From contig JBEKCL010000001.1 of assembly GCA_050014895.1 (NCBI GenBank), forward strand, positions 1 through 49,481: a stretch of 49,481 nucleotides of DNA, in the 5' to 3' direction. Below the pieces are notes generated by a model that searched no databases, was not told the origin of the DNA, and was given only the letters and a program-made list of their open reading frames with translations. The position numbers and the translations under genes were made by a program. Of this stretch, positions 1 to 8,754 are shown piece after piece (positions within the stretch are counted from its first letter, which is position 1; each line of letters starts with the position of its first letter). Source of the stretch: Dehalococcoidia bacterium. GTDB lineage: Bacteria > Chloroflexota > Dehalococcoidia > GIF9 > UBA5629.

Positions 1-882
1 TGCCATTATCCTGCCGAATTCATGGCTGCCATCCTCTCCAACCAACCAATGGGCTACTATCCGCCCCGTGTCCTTGTGGCCGAAGCACGCCGTTCCGGCG
101 TTACGGTGCTTCCTCCTGACATAAACGCTTCCCTCGACCATTATACTGTGGAGAACGGCGCCATACGCGTCAGCCTCAGCCAGGTAAAGGGCATCAGCGG
201 CGAAGCAATCGCTTCCATCATACATGAAAGGTCTAAAGGCAACTTCACCTCACTGAGAGACTTTGTCCTGAGGGTGGAAGCCAGCCAGCCCATACTCGAA
301 AACCTGGTAAAAGTCGGGGCGCTCGACGCCCTTGGAAACCGGAGGGAGATGCTGGCAGAGATACCTCTGCTCCTGCAATTTAAACGCAACAATGGCGAAG
401 ACAGGGGAGAACTTTTCGGCGATATTTTGCATGATATAAACAACGTGGGGACGCACCTTCAGGAACGCCCGCAACCTTCCAACACACTCTTGCCGGATAA
501 AAAAGAGCGTCTACTGAATGAACGCTAACTGCTTTCCCTCGATCTTTCAGCGCATCCGCTCGACTTCTGCAACCTGGAAAACGGCTTTACACGGATAAAT
601 GACCTGACCCCGCTTCCTGCAGGCAAAGCTGTAAAGATAGCAGGCTCGGTCATACGCTACCAGACGCCGCCCACCCGCACAGGTAAGCGTGTAGTTTATA
701 TAATCATGGAAGACGGCACCGGCGTGGCCGATGTGACCGTGTTCAACGATGTCCAGGAAAGGTGCGGTAAATATCTCTTCCGCTCCGGATGGCTGGAGGT
801 GCAGGGTAAAATCCAGCGCCGCGGGCCTAAATCACTCTCCCTAATAGCAGATGAGGTAAGACCCTTGAGGAAGAACCAATAA
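1..882 (+). pseudogene. dnaE: DNA polymerase III alpha subunit (DnaE family), C-terminal ~290 codons. The 5' end lies outside the window. The frame is interrupted by an in-frame TAA at 526-528.
   Basis: Frame 1 from nt 1 reads CHYPAEFMAAILSNQPMGYYPPRVLVAEARRSGVTVLPPDINAS (DnaE-like). After the TAA at 526-528 the same frame continues LLSLDLSAHPLDF...KIAGSVIRYQTPPTRTGKRVVYIIMEDGTGVADVTVF (OB-fold tail) to the TAA at 880-882. Pseudogene status is not proven; a sequencing error or readthrough is possible. Confidence 0.7.
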
Positions 883-1190
883 TGAACTGTGATATAATCA
901 AATCACTGGAAAGTGTGATGCCAATTCAATTCATCCTGACTGATTATGTCAATAGCGCCATGAAAGGCGCAGCCTATGACAAGCTGAAGGACGGCACGTT
1001 TACCGGTCGTATTCCTTCTTGCATCGGCGTAATCGCATTCGGGGCTACCCTGGCAAAATGCGAGGCTGAGTTGAGGTCAGTTCTTGAAGACTGGATCCTG
1101 GTGGGTTTAAAACTCGGTCATTATCTTCCGGTAATAGATAAGATTGACCTGAATAAGGACCCTAAACGTGAACCGGTGGAAGCGGTGTAA
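882..1190 (+). CDS. HicB-like antitoxin family protein (102 aa)
   Basis: The ATG overlaps the dnaE stop (TAATG, 880-884). The segment FTGRIPSCIGVIAFGATLAKCEAELRSVLEDWILVGLKLGHYLPV fits the HicB-like/UPF0150 pattern. It overlaps the next ORF by 23 nt. Confidence 0.5.
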   Translation: MNCDIIKSLESVMPIQFILTDYVNSAMKGAAYDKLKDGTFTGRIPSCIGVIAFGATLAKCEAELRSVLEDWILVGLKLGHYLPVIDKIDLNKDPKREPVEAV

Positions 1191-1404
1191 ACGTCGCGAT
1201 TTCATTGACCGTCTTCTGGCACTGGGCTTCACAGGCCCATATTCCGGTACAAAGCATCAGTTCATGATTTATCGGCAATGCCGCCTGGCAATTCCTTCCA
1301 ACACCGATTTTTCCATTCCTCAACTACACATGCTAATACGCGAAATAGAAGAAATCCTGGGACAGCGGCTATCAGCAGAAAGCTGGAATAACCTCCTTGG
1401 ATGA
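1168..1404 (+). CDS. HicA/YcfA-like toxin family protein (78 aa, GTG start)
   Basis: RRDFIDRLLALGFTGPYSGTKHQFMIYRQCRLAIPSNTDFSIPQLHMLIREIE resembles the HicA pattern (k.l...L...Gf....GsH...........iP.h..l....l..i). It is small and overlaps the HicB-like ORF. Confidence 0.5.
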   Translation: MNRWKRCKRRDFIDRLLALGFTGPYSGTKHQFMIYRQCRLAIPSNTDFSIPQLHMLIREIEEILGQRLSAESWNNLLG

Positions 1405-1471
1405 CCATCATTTCGCATATGGTGTTCATGTAGTATAATGCCTTCAACAATTGAACGACGCGGTAAGATGA

Positions 1472-4400
1472 ATGGCGGAATTTAAGAAGACCGATATTCA
1501 AAAGGCATTCAGTAATTACCTGGAAAATATCCAGAAGACGCTGGCGGCAGGGCATTCAAGCGAAGGCGCTCACTATCCTGCCCTCAAAACACTCATTGAG
1601 AACTGCGGTGAAAAACTCACTGCCACCTGTTTGCCTGCCCGCATCGAATGCGGCGCTCCTGATTTTATCGTGACCAAAGACACCCACACACTAGGCTACC
1701 TGGAAGCCAAGGACATTGGCAAAAACCTGGATGAAGTGGAGAAGTCCGAGCAATTGAAACGGTACAGGACATCCTTAAATAACCTCATCCTGACTGATTA
1801 CCTTGAGTTCCGCTGGTATTTACTTGGAGAAAAACGGCTGACGGAGCGGTTGGGAACTATCACAAAGGACGGCAAGATAAAAAAGGATGCGGCCGGGGTA
1901 GAAGCCGTTGGGGATTTGCTTGCAGCCTTCCTGTCTCAGAAAACTGAATCAATAGGCACTCCCAGAGAGCTTGCCCTGCGAATGGCACGTATGGCGCATA
2001 TGGTACGCGATCTCATCGTCAGCGCCTTCGAGAAAGAGACGGAACACGGAAGCCTGCACAGCCAGTTGTCCGCTTTTCGCGAAAACCTGATACCCGACCT
2101 GCCTGTAAATCAGTTCGCTGATATGTATGCTCAAACCATCGCCTACGGCCTCTTCGCCGCGCGCTGCGATAAATCTTCAGGCAAAGATTTCACCAGGCAA
2201 AACGCCGCATACCTGCTTCCCAAGACGAATCCCTTCCTGCGCAAATTATTCAACCATATTGCCGGACCTGATCTGGACGACCGCATAGCCTGGTTGGTTG
2301 ACGACCTGGCCCAGGTATTGGCGCAGGCGGATATGGAAGCCATACTCAAGGATTTTGGCAAACGCACCGGCAAGGAAGACCCGGTGGTACATTTCTACGA
2401 GACCTTCCTCAAAGCCTACGATCCGAAGATACGGGAGATGCGCGGCGTTTACTATACGCCCGAGCCAGTGGTCTCTTACATCGTGCGCTCTATAGATTAC
2501 CTTTTAAAAACCAGCTTCAATAAGCCACAGGGACTGGCGGACGAGAAGACGCTTATCCTGGACCCGGCGGTGGGCACGGCAACCTTCCTCTACAAGATAA
2601 TAAACGAGATTCATCAGGCTACCGCTGGCAAAGGCCAGCAGGGCATGTGGAACAACTACGTGGCGGAGAAGCTCTTACCCCGCATCTTTGGCTTTGAACT
2701 GCTGATGCCGCCCTATGCGATCGCCCATCTCAAACTGGGACTTCTCCTCCAGGAGACGGGTTACGAGTTCAAGAGTGAGCAGCGGCTGGGCATATTCCTG
2801 ACCAACACGCTGGATGAGGCGATTAAGCACTCTGAGACGCTCTTCGCCCAGTGGATAAGCGAGGAAGCCAATGCGGCCGCCAGAGTCAAGAAGGATGAGC
2901 CGATAATGGTGGTGCTGGGCAATCCGCCATATTCCGGTAATTCGGCAAACAAGGGTGAGTGGGCAAAGCAACTGGTGGAGCGATACAAGACGGTTGATGG
3001 TAAGCCCCTGGGTGAAAAGAACCCCAAATGGTTGCAGGACGACTATGTTAAATTCCTTGCATTTGGCCAATGGCGCATCGAGCGCACCACACAAGGTATC
3101 CTGGGTTTCATTACCAACCACTCCTATCTGGATAACCCCACCTTCCGCGGCATGCGCCAGTCACTGATGGGCACTTTCACTGATATCTATATCCTGAACC
3201 TGCACGGCAACTCCAAGAAAAAAGAGGTTGCCCCGGATGGCGGCAAGGACGAGAATGTATTCGATATCCAGCAGGGCGTAGCTATTGGTATTTTTGTTAA
3301 AGAACAGGGCAAGACTATCCCTGCAATAGTCCACTATGCGGACCTCTGGGGACATCGGGAAGGAAAGTATCAAGCCCTATCTGAAACAGCGATCAGTAAT
3401 GTCTCTTGGACAGAGATCAAACCGAGTAGTCCCTTCTATCTTTTCATACCTCTACAAGATGACCTGCTATCAGAATACGAAAAGGGATGGAAAGTGACTG
3501 ACATTTTTATTTTCACTGGTGAGGGATTTACTTCACATAGGGATGATTTCGCTATCGCTTTCACATTGGCTGAAATAGAAAAACGTCTTAATATTTTTGT
3601 CAAAGATGATGAGCCCGATGAAACCATACGGGAACTCTTCAACCTTGAAGATACAGGTACATGGAAACTGTCAATCGCTCGAAAAGCAATTAAGAATGAT
3701 AAGCATATAGAGGACGTAATACAACCCTGCCTCTACCGCCCATTTGATGAACGCTTTTGCCTCTTACATACAAGCATAATGGATCGCCCAAGGATGCAAA
3801 CACAATCCCATATTATGAAACCCAATATAGCACTTTCAACAACTCGCAACGTTGAAATCGCCGGTGGTTTTAGCCATGTCTTATGTGTATCCCAAGTAAT
3901 GGATCGACATGCGGTATCGTTAAAGGAGATTAATTACCTCTTCCCCCTATACCTCTATCCGAACGAAGGCGAAATGCAGCTTGGAAGCGGGCATCGCCGC
4001 CCTAATCTTAACCCTGAGTTCATCAAGGCTGTCGCGGAAAAACTGGGACTGAATTTTGTTACTGATGGCAAGGGCGACCAGGAGCGGACATTTGGCCCGG
4101 AGGACATCTTCAACTATGCTTATGCCATCTTCCACTCACCCACCTACCGAACCCGCTACTCCGAGTTCCTCAAGATGGACTTCCCGCGACTGCCACTGAC
4201 TTCCGATAGAGCCCTATTCAAGTCGCTGGCGGTTAAAGGCGCTGATCTGGTCTCTTTGCATCTGATGGAATCGCTGTTACTCAATAGATTCATAACAAAG
4301 TATCCGGTAGCAGGCACCAACATGGTTGATAAGGTAAGCTACAATGAAATTAACCAGCGGGTCTATATCAACAAAGAGCAGTATTTTGAAGGCATAACAC

Positions 4401-4585
4401 CCGAGCTCTGGAATTTTCACATCGGCGGCTACCAGGTCTGCCAGAAGTGGCTCAAAGACCGCAAAGGCCGGCCTCTCTCGTATGACGATCTCACGCATTA
4501 TCAGAAGATAATCGTTGCGCTTAAAGAAACGCTACGCTTGATGCAGGAGATAGATAGTATCATCCCCAACTGGCCCATTGAGTGA
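1472..4585 (+). CDS. Fused restriction-modification enzyme, type IIG/MmeI-like: N-terminal PD-ExK nuclease motif, gamma-class N6-adenine methyltransferase, C-terminal putative target-recognition region (1037 aa)
   Basis: GAPDF (D codon at 1661-1663) followed by LEAKD (E codon at 1703-1705) gives a PD...ExK motif. SAM motif I is LILDPAVGTATFL. Catalytic NPPY lies at 2921-2932 (VVLGNPPYSGNS). About 450 aa follow the methyltransferase core. Confidence 0.75.
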   Translation: MAEFKKTDIQKAFSNYLENIQKTLAAGHSSEGAHYPALKTLIENCGEKLTATCLPARIECGAPDFIVTKDTHTLGYLEAKDIGKNLDEVEKSEQLKRYRTSLNNLILTDYLEFRWYLLGEKRLTERLGTITKDGKIKKDAAGVEAVGDLLAAFLSQKTESIGTPRELALRMARMAHMVRDLIVSAFEKETEHGSLHSQLSAFRENLIPDLPVNQFADMYAQTIAYGLFAARCDKSSGKDFTRQNAAYLLPKTNPFLRKLFNHIAGPDLDDRIAWLVDDLAQVLAQADMEAILKDFGKRTGKEDPVVHFYETFLKAYDPKIREMRGVYYTPEPVVSYIVRSIDYLLKTSFNKPQGLADEKTLILDPAVGTATFLYKIINEIHQATAGKGQQGMWNNYVAEKLLPRIFGFELLMPPYAIAHLKLGLLLQETGYEFKSEQRLGIFLTNTLDEAIKHSETLFAQWISEEANAAARVKKDEPIMVVLGNPPYSGNSANKGEWAKQLVERYKTVDGKPLGEKNPKWLQDDYVKFLAFGQWRIERTTQGILGFITNHSYLDNPTFRGMRQSLMGTFTDIYILNLHGNSKKKEVAPDGGKDENVFDIQQGVAIGIFVKEQGKTIPAIVHYADLWGHREGKYQALSETAISNVSWTEIKPSSPFYLFIPLQDDLLSEYEKGWKVTDIFIFTGEGFTSHRDDFAIAFTLAEIEKRLNIFVKDDEPDETIRELFNLEDTGTWKLSIARKAIKNDKHIEDVIQPCLYRPFDERFCLLHTSIMDRPRMQTQSHIMKPNIALSTTRNVEIAGGFSHVLCVSQVMDRHAVSLKEINYLFPLYLYPNEGEMQLGSGHRRPNLNPEFIKAVAEKLGLNFVTDGKGDQERTFGPEDIFNYAYAIFHSPTYRTRYSEFLKMDFPRLPLTSDRALFKSLAVKGADLVSLHLMESLLLNRFITKYPVAGTNMVDKVSYNEINQRVYINKEQYFEGITPELWNFHIGGYQVCQKWLKDRKGRPLSYDDLTHYQKIIVALKETLRLMQEIDSIIPNWPIE

Positions 4586-5979
4586 GGAGGAGCACGGCCA
4601 TTTTGGAATATGGGAGGGCCGTCAGAAAATATCGCGGTAAAGGCCATCTCGTGCTTGCGGACGGTAGCAAGTTCACATGCCACGTCTCTATCTTGCAGGT
4701 AGAGACAGGCAATATTTATCTCATATGCAAATTGGCTCCCAATTTTCTGCAGGCTGCTTCAACCATCAACGATATTATTCACCATAAATGTGAGATAGAC
4801 CACGTTCAAGGCAAGACAGTAGATGGCCTGGACTTTACTACAATGCATAGGCTTGCTGTCATTCACGCATCACTCGAATTATTCTCAAACAAGGCATCAG
4901 AGTTGACGCTAATGGCTGACGAAGTCACTCTTATTGCAGAAAATGAGGCCATGACCGACTATTATGAGTTTGGCGTAGTTAACTTCGAATTTTCAGGGAA
5001 TCACAATGCAACAAAAATCATTCAGAATGGTCCCGAACCTATTGAGCATTCTTATCTCAATCTTGAGATGAAAGCTCCGTGGGGTGTAGCAACGGCGGAC
5101 CCTTTACCAAACCATAATGAAATCATCAAGCGGATAAAGGCACAAAAAAGCACTTCAATCACTTGCAAATTTACAGTGAAATCGTCCCATGGCATCGAGG
5201 CCGATGAAATTATTAATAATTTGGACGAGTTATGTCGCCTCTTATCACTATCCCGAGCAACAAAAATCACGTGGATAAATGCTGTAGGCTATACGGCAAC
5301 CGGGAAAATCAAGGAAATTATACTTAAGAATTCGATTACCTGGCCGTTTTCGTCAGGCGATCTAATAGACTCCCGAGATCACACAGATACAGCCATTTTC
5401 ATTGAAAAGTCCTATCCAGCGTATCTTAGACTTCGAAAAGAATACAATCTCGACATTGCTATTGAGCAATATCTGGATGCCAATAACTCGACAACTTACC
5501 TTGAAACCCGCGGCCTGGCGGCCGTGGCGCTTATCGATTCGCTCCAGCAGCTATATACTTCAAAACATAGACTTACAAAGATAATCAAGGGCTTCGGCAA
5601 CAAAAAGGAAGACATTAAGGCTGCCCTGACATCCATCATATCTGCTGCCTTTCCAAACATAGCAAGCCACCAGTTGAGGGACATGTTAGAGAAGCTTCCC
5701 GAGCTTAACCGGAAACCTTTCTTTAGTCTTTTGCGGGCCTGGACCAAGAGCATTGGACTAAATATTGCAGACACTGAGTTAAGGGAAATTGTACGCACCC
5801 GTAATTCTCTCGCTCACAATATGAGCTACCTATCACGTGACAGTAGAGGTAAACAAATCGAATATTTTCGTTTAATCAATTTCGTCAATCAGGTATTTCT
5901 CAAGTTATTAGGTTACGATGGCCATTTTATTTACGTGGATCTAAATGATCTTTCTTTTGGACGTAAGAAATTTAGCTAA
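4582..5979 (+). CDS. Uncharacterised 465-aa protein with a C-terminal HEPN-like Rx4H motif
   Basis: The GTG start overlaps the upstream stop (GTGA, 4582-4585). The motif R-N-S-L-A-H lies at 5800-5817 within ELREIVRTRNSLAHNMSYL. The N-terminal two thirds have no recognisable family. GC content is lower than in neighbouring genes by eye. Confidence 0.55.
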   Translation: MRRSTAILEYGRAVRKYRGKGHLVLADGSKFTCHVSILQVETGNIYLICKLAPNFLQAASTINDIIHHKCEIDHVQGKTVDGLDFTTMHRLAVIHASLELFSNKASELTLMADEVTLIAENEAMTDYYEFGVVNFEFSGNHNATKIIQNGPEPIEHSYLNLEMKAPWGVATADPLPNHNEIIKRIKAQKSTSITCKFTVKSSHGIEADEIINNLDELCRLLSLSRATKITWINAVGYTATGKIKEIILKNSITWPFSSGDLIDSRDHTDTAIFIEKSYPAYLRLRKEYNLDIAIEQYLDANNSTTYLETRGLAAVALIDSLQQLYTSKHRLTKIIKGFGNKKEDIKAALTSIISAAFPNIASHQLRDMLEKLPELNRKPFFSLLRAWTKSIGLNIADTELREIVRTRNSLAHNMSYLSRDSRGKQIEYFRLINFVNQVFLKLLGYDGHFIYVDLNDLSFGRKKFS

Positions 5980-6039
5980 ACTATTAGGCTACTACCAATA
6001 TCTGTCTGGCAATATGATATAAGCCGGTAGAAGCCCGGC

Positions 6040-6264
6040 ATGAATATATTAAACATTGACAGGCATTCTATGACGTCCTATATTATTCATATGGGAAAGG
6101 TAATTCTCATCATTGCCTGTATTCTGCTTGTTCTGACCATAGCTGCCGGTTTTGTAATTCCCAAAATTAGCGATTTCATAGGCCCCATCCTGATATTCGA
6201 TATTGTCGTGTTGGCGATCGGGGTGCTTATGATAGCAAAGGAAACCCGCCCGCAACGTTTTTAA
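6040..6264 (+). CDS. Small two-TM membrane protein (74 aa), hypothetical
   Basis: Two hydrophobic stretches: VILIIACILLVLTIAAGFVI and ILIFDIVVLAIGVLMIA. There is no family match. Confidence 0.35.
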   Translation: MNILNIDRHSMTSYIIHMGKVILIIACILLVLTIAAGFVIPKISDFIGPILIFDIVVLAIGVLMIAKETRPQRF

Positions 6265-6320
6265 TTTCCAGCTACCCATTTAATATCGTTCCGCTCTAAA
6301 AGCATGCTACACTTTTCACC

Positions 6321-7106
6321 ATGTATAAATGGAATGCGGACGATTATCAGAAAAATTCAGAGGCCCAACTCAACTGGGGCAGGGAACTTATCGCCAAACT
6401 GGGGCTGCATGGCAAAGAGCATATACTTGATATCGGGTGCGGCGACGGCAAAGTCACGGCCGATATAGCGGCGCATGTTCCGGACGGCAGGGTTGTCGGC
6501 ATTGATAGCTCCTCAGACATGATCGATCTCGCCTGCAAAACTTTCCCCGCCAACGATTTCCCTAATCTGCGCTTTTTTCAGATGGATGCCAGGGAACTCA
6601 CATGTTCAAATGAATTCGACATCATTTTTTCCAATGCCGTACTACATTGGATTGACGATCACCGCAAGGTATTGTCCGGCATCTATAAAGGATTAAAGAC
6701 CCCGGGGAAAATACTGCTACAGATGGGCGGTAGGGGCAACGTGGCAGGGATGATGGCCGTAATGCGGTCTATGACAGAGAAGGCACAATGGAAAGCATAT
6801 TTCAGTGGGTTCGTCTCACCTTACAACTTCTATGGCCCGGATGAATACAGCGCATGGTTAAGCGAGATGCATTTTAAACCGGTGCGCCTTGAATTAATAC
6901 CCAAAGATATGACTCAACAGGGACGGGAGGGGTTCATTGGATGGATCCGCACCACCTGGCACCCGTTCATTCACCGTGTTCCTGAATCAGAACAGCAGGA
7001 ATTCATCAGGCAGGCGGTGGATTCATACCTTACCAATCATCCCATGGATCGAGAAGGTCTGGTTCATATTGATGTGGTCCGGCTGGAAGTGGAAGCAATA
7101 AAATGA
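6321..7106 (+). CDS. Class I SAM-dependent methyltransferase (Tam/trans-aconitate methyltransferase-like)
   Basis: WNADDYQKNSEAQLNWGRELI followed by the SAM motif ILDIGCGDGKVT, then IFSNAVLHWIDDH. Confidence 0.85.
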   Translation: MYKWNADDYQKNSEAQLNWGRELIAKLGLHGKEHILDIGCGDGKVTADIAAHVPDGRVVGIDSSSDMIDLACKTFPANDFPNLRFFQMDARELTCSNEFDIIFSNAVLHWIDDHRKVLSGIYKGLKTPGKILLQMGGRGNVAGMMAVMRSMTEKAQWKAYFSGFVSPYNFYGPDEYSAWLSEMHFKPVRLELIPKDMTQQGREGFIGWIRTTWHPFIHRVPESEQQEFIRQAVDSYLTNHPMDREGLVHIDVVRLEVEAIK

Positions 7107-7112
7107 AACCCC

Positions 7113-7153
7113 TCAAAAAAACAACACGGGACGCCTAGTGCGAGCGCCCCGTG
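7113..7153 (-). terminator. Rho-independent terminator (minus strand) after the 39-aa ORF. It also lies 8 nt past the methyltransferase stop.
   Basis: The stem CACGGGACGC (7125-7134) pairs with GCGCCCCGTG (7144-7153) with one mismatch. On the minus strand it is followed by TTGTTTTTTT (plus-strand A7 at 7115-7121). Confidence 0.6.
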
Positions 7154-7179
7154 CTGTTGAGAGGATAATACGCAAATGA

Positions 7180-7299
7180 TTAAATTATTTTTACAAGCGT
7201 TACCATCATGACGATGATAAGGCCGAAGCAAACCACCATAGACAAGAAGAGAAAACGCACTTTCCAATCAGTTCGCATAATGCTGAGAATTGGTTTCAT
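7180..7299 (-). CDS. Small hydrophobic peptide (39 aa): MKPILSIMRTDWKVRFLFLSMVVCFGLIIVMMVTLVKII
   Basis: GGAGG lies 7 nt upstream of the ATG at 7299. It has a single TM helix and its own downstream terminator. It is below the length cutoff of the ORF track. Confidence 0.35.
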   Translation of the reverse strand: MKPILSIMRTDWKVRFLFLSMVVCFGLIIVMMVTLVKII

Positions 7300-7424
7300 G
7301 ATTGTTCCTCCTTCTTGTTTCCTTACACATCCATTCTAAAACCTATATCCATATAACACAATAGCATATCGGTACTGCAAAGACGGTGACATTAGTACTA
7401 TATGGGTGTAACCTATAAAAAACA

Positions 7425-7465
7425 GGAAAGGCAAGCTACAGCCCGCCTTTCCTGTGACTACAAGA
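7425..7465 (-). terminator. Rho-independent terminator (minus strand) after the 43-aa ORF
   Basis: A perfect 11-bp stem, ACAGGAAAGGC (7432-7442) with GCCTTTCCTGT (7455-7465), and a 12-nt loop. On the minus strand it is followed by TTTTTT (plus-strand A-run 7427-7432). Confidence 0.7.
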
Positions 7466-7477
7466 TGAATATTTTAA

Positions 7478-7609
7478 TTAAAGTGCTACCAACCCGGCGA
7501 TTATAACCAATGCTATGATAAGTGATCCGTCCAGCAACATCCCGCCAAGTAACAATTTCATTTTCCCATCCTTTTTCAGTATCTCTGCAAATACTTTCCT
7601 GGCTTCCAT
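7478..7609 (-). CDS. Small peptide with a C-terminal TM helix (43 aa): MEARKVFAEILKKDGKMKLLLGGMLLDGSLIIALVIIAGLVAL
   Basis: GGAGAG lies upstream of the ATG at 7609. A canonical terminator follows 13 nt after the stop. Confidence 0.35.
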   Translation of the reverse strand: MEARKVFAEILKKDGKMKLLLGGMLLDGSLIIALVIIAGLVAL

Positions 7610-7979
7610 TGCGCACTCTCCTATCTAGCTTTAAACCTTTACAATAATTATGCGCTATAGCCTCCCGGCTGGTAACGGCAGCAAGTATGGTATTGGGGTT
7701 AAGGACAGTATGATTCCTGCTAAGACGGTGGTGCTAGTACTACGGTATGATATAGTATCAGCCCAAAATATGAACTATTATTACGAATTGTCTGATAACT
7801 TAAGGATGTTTAAGGCCGGGACCATCTTCAACTTGGCCGGACAACCCTGTTATCAAAGTAATGTATGCACAGGTTATAAATAAACTGTTCCCCTGATTAT
7901 ATTGTGCCAATAATGCCATATGCCACTTTGACAACGTGAATCATCATACTTATGCTATTAGAAAAGAGCATTTATCATA

Positions 7980-8741
7980 ATGAAGTTCATTTGTCAGATT
8001 TTATTACTGCTAATCCTTTTTTGCCCTCTCTTTTTCGTTGCCTGCATCAGCAAAGAATACCCTGTAACTCAAAATTACCAGGAAACCCAGTATAAGACTG
8101 AAATTACCACTGAGTCTTATACTGAAAACCAGACTGTTATTCACGCTGAATCGGGTGAATACCCTCTAACGCCTTATTTCAACTGGAATGCCTCCAATTT
8201 CTACTATTACGGTTACGAGATACCTGATGCACAATCGTACGACAATATCAGCCTGCGTCTATCTATATGGCCGCAGTTACAGTATGAGCCGGTTATGTTG
8301 CAGGTTTTCGATATGAGCGAGACCGGGCAAATTCCATCTCCGGAACCTCCTTCCGAAGCAGACCAATTGACCAATGTCCCCACATGGTATCTTATTACAG
8401 GAACTGCATCCGCCACATGGCTAAAGTTAGCCAATACAATGATAAACGACGCAAAATTTCTGGGAGCGACCAATTGTCTCTGGTCGCAGGCTGCCGACCC
8501 ACAAGTTATAGTTCTGAAAGCCGGCAAGCCCAGCAATATTGCACTTATCATTACCGAGACACAAAATAAATGGAACTGCAGGGTCAATCTTGATGCTTTA
8601 TGGTCCCGCAATACTGTCGAATACTTGCCTGTGACTAAACAAAGGCAGGTATCAAAACAGGTCCCATTCCAGGTCGAACGACAGAGAACAGTTTACCAGG
8701 TCAGGCAGGTCCCTCTATGGGAAACCATTATTTCACCCTAG
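7980..8741 (+). CDS. Putative lipoprotein of unknown function (253 aa), paralog of the next gene
   Basis: Signal peptide with a lipobox-like LFFVAC. Blocks shared with the 8755-9609 product: YYYGYEIPD vs WYYGYDLSD, QVFDMSETGQIPSP vs SVFDMDPSGQILAP, and C-terminal VPLWETIISP vs VPFWESLLTN. Confidence 0.6.
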   Translation: MKFICQILLLLILFCPLFFVACISKEYPVTQNYQETQYKTEITTESYTENQTVIHAESGEYPLTPYFNWNASNFYYYGYEIPDAQSYDNISLRLSIWPQLQYEPVMLQVFDMSETGQIPSPEPPSEADQLTNVPTWYLITGTASATWLKLANTMINDAKFLGATNCLWSQAADPQVIVLKAGKPSNIALIITETQNKWNCRVNLDALWSRNTVEYLPVTKQRQVSKQVPFQVERQRTVYQVRQVPLWETIISP

Positions 8742-8754
8742 AGTCTTTATACAT

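Noticed and set aside
526-528. TAA reassigned as a sense codon (an alternative genetic code)
   Set aside because: Many well-supported genes in the window end at TAA at the expected position, for example the HicB-like ORF, the RR-adjacent kinase at 23265-24866 and the dnaE tail itself at 880-882. A genome-wide recoding is not supported.
7650-7883. A 77-aa plus-strand ORF in the intergenic region before the lipoprotein genes
   Set aside because: It has no RBS, odd composition and no family resemblance. The region is more plausibly the promoter and leader of the lipoprotein pair.
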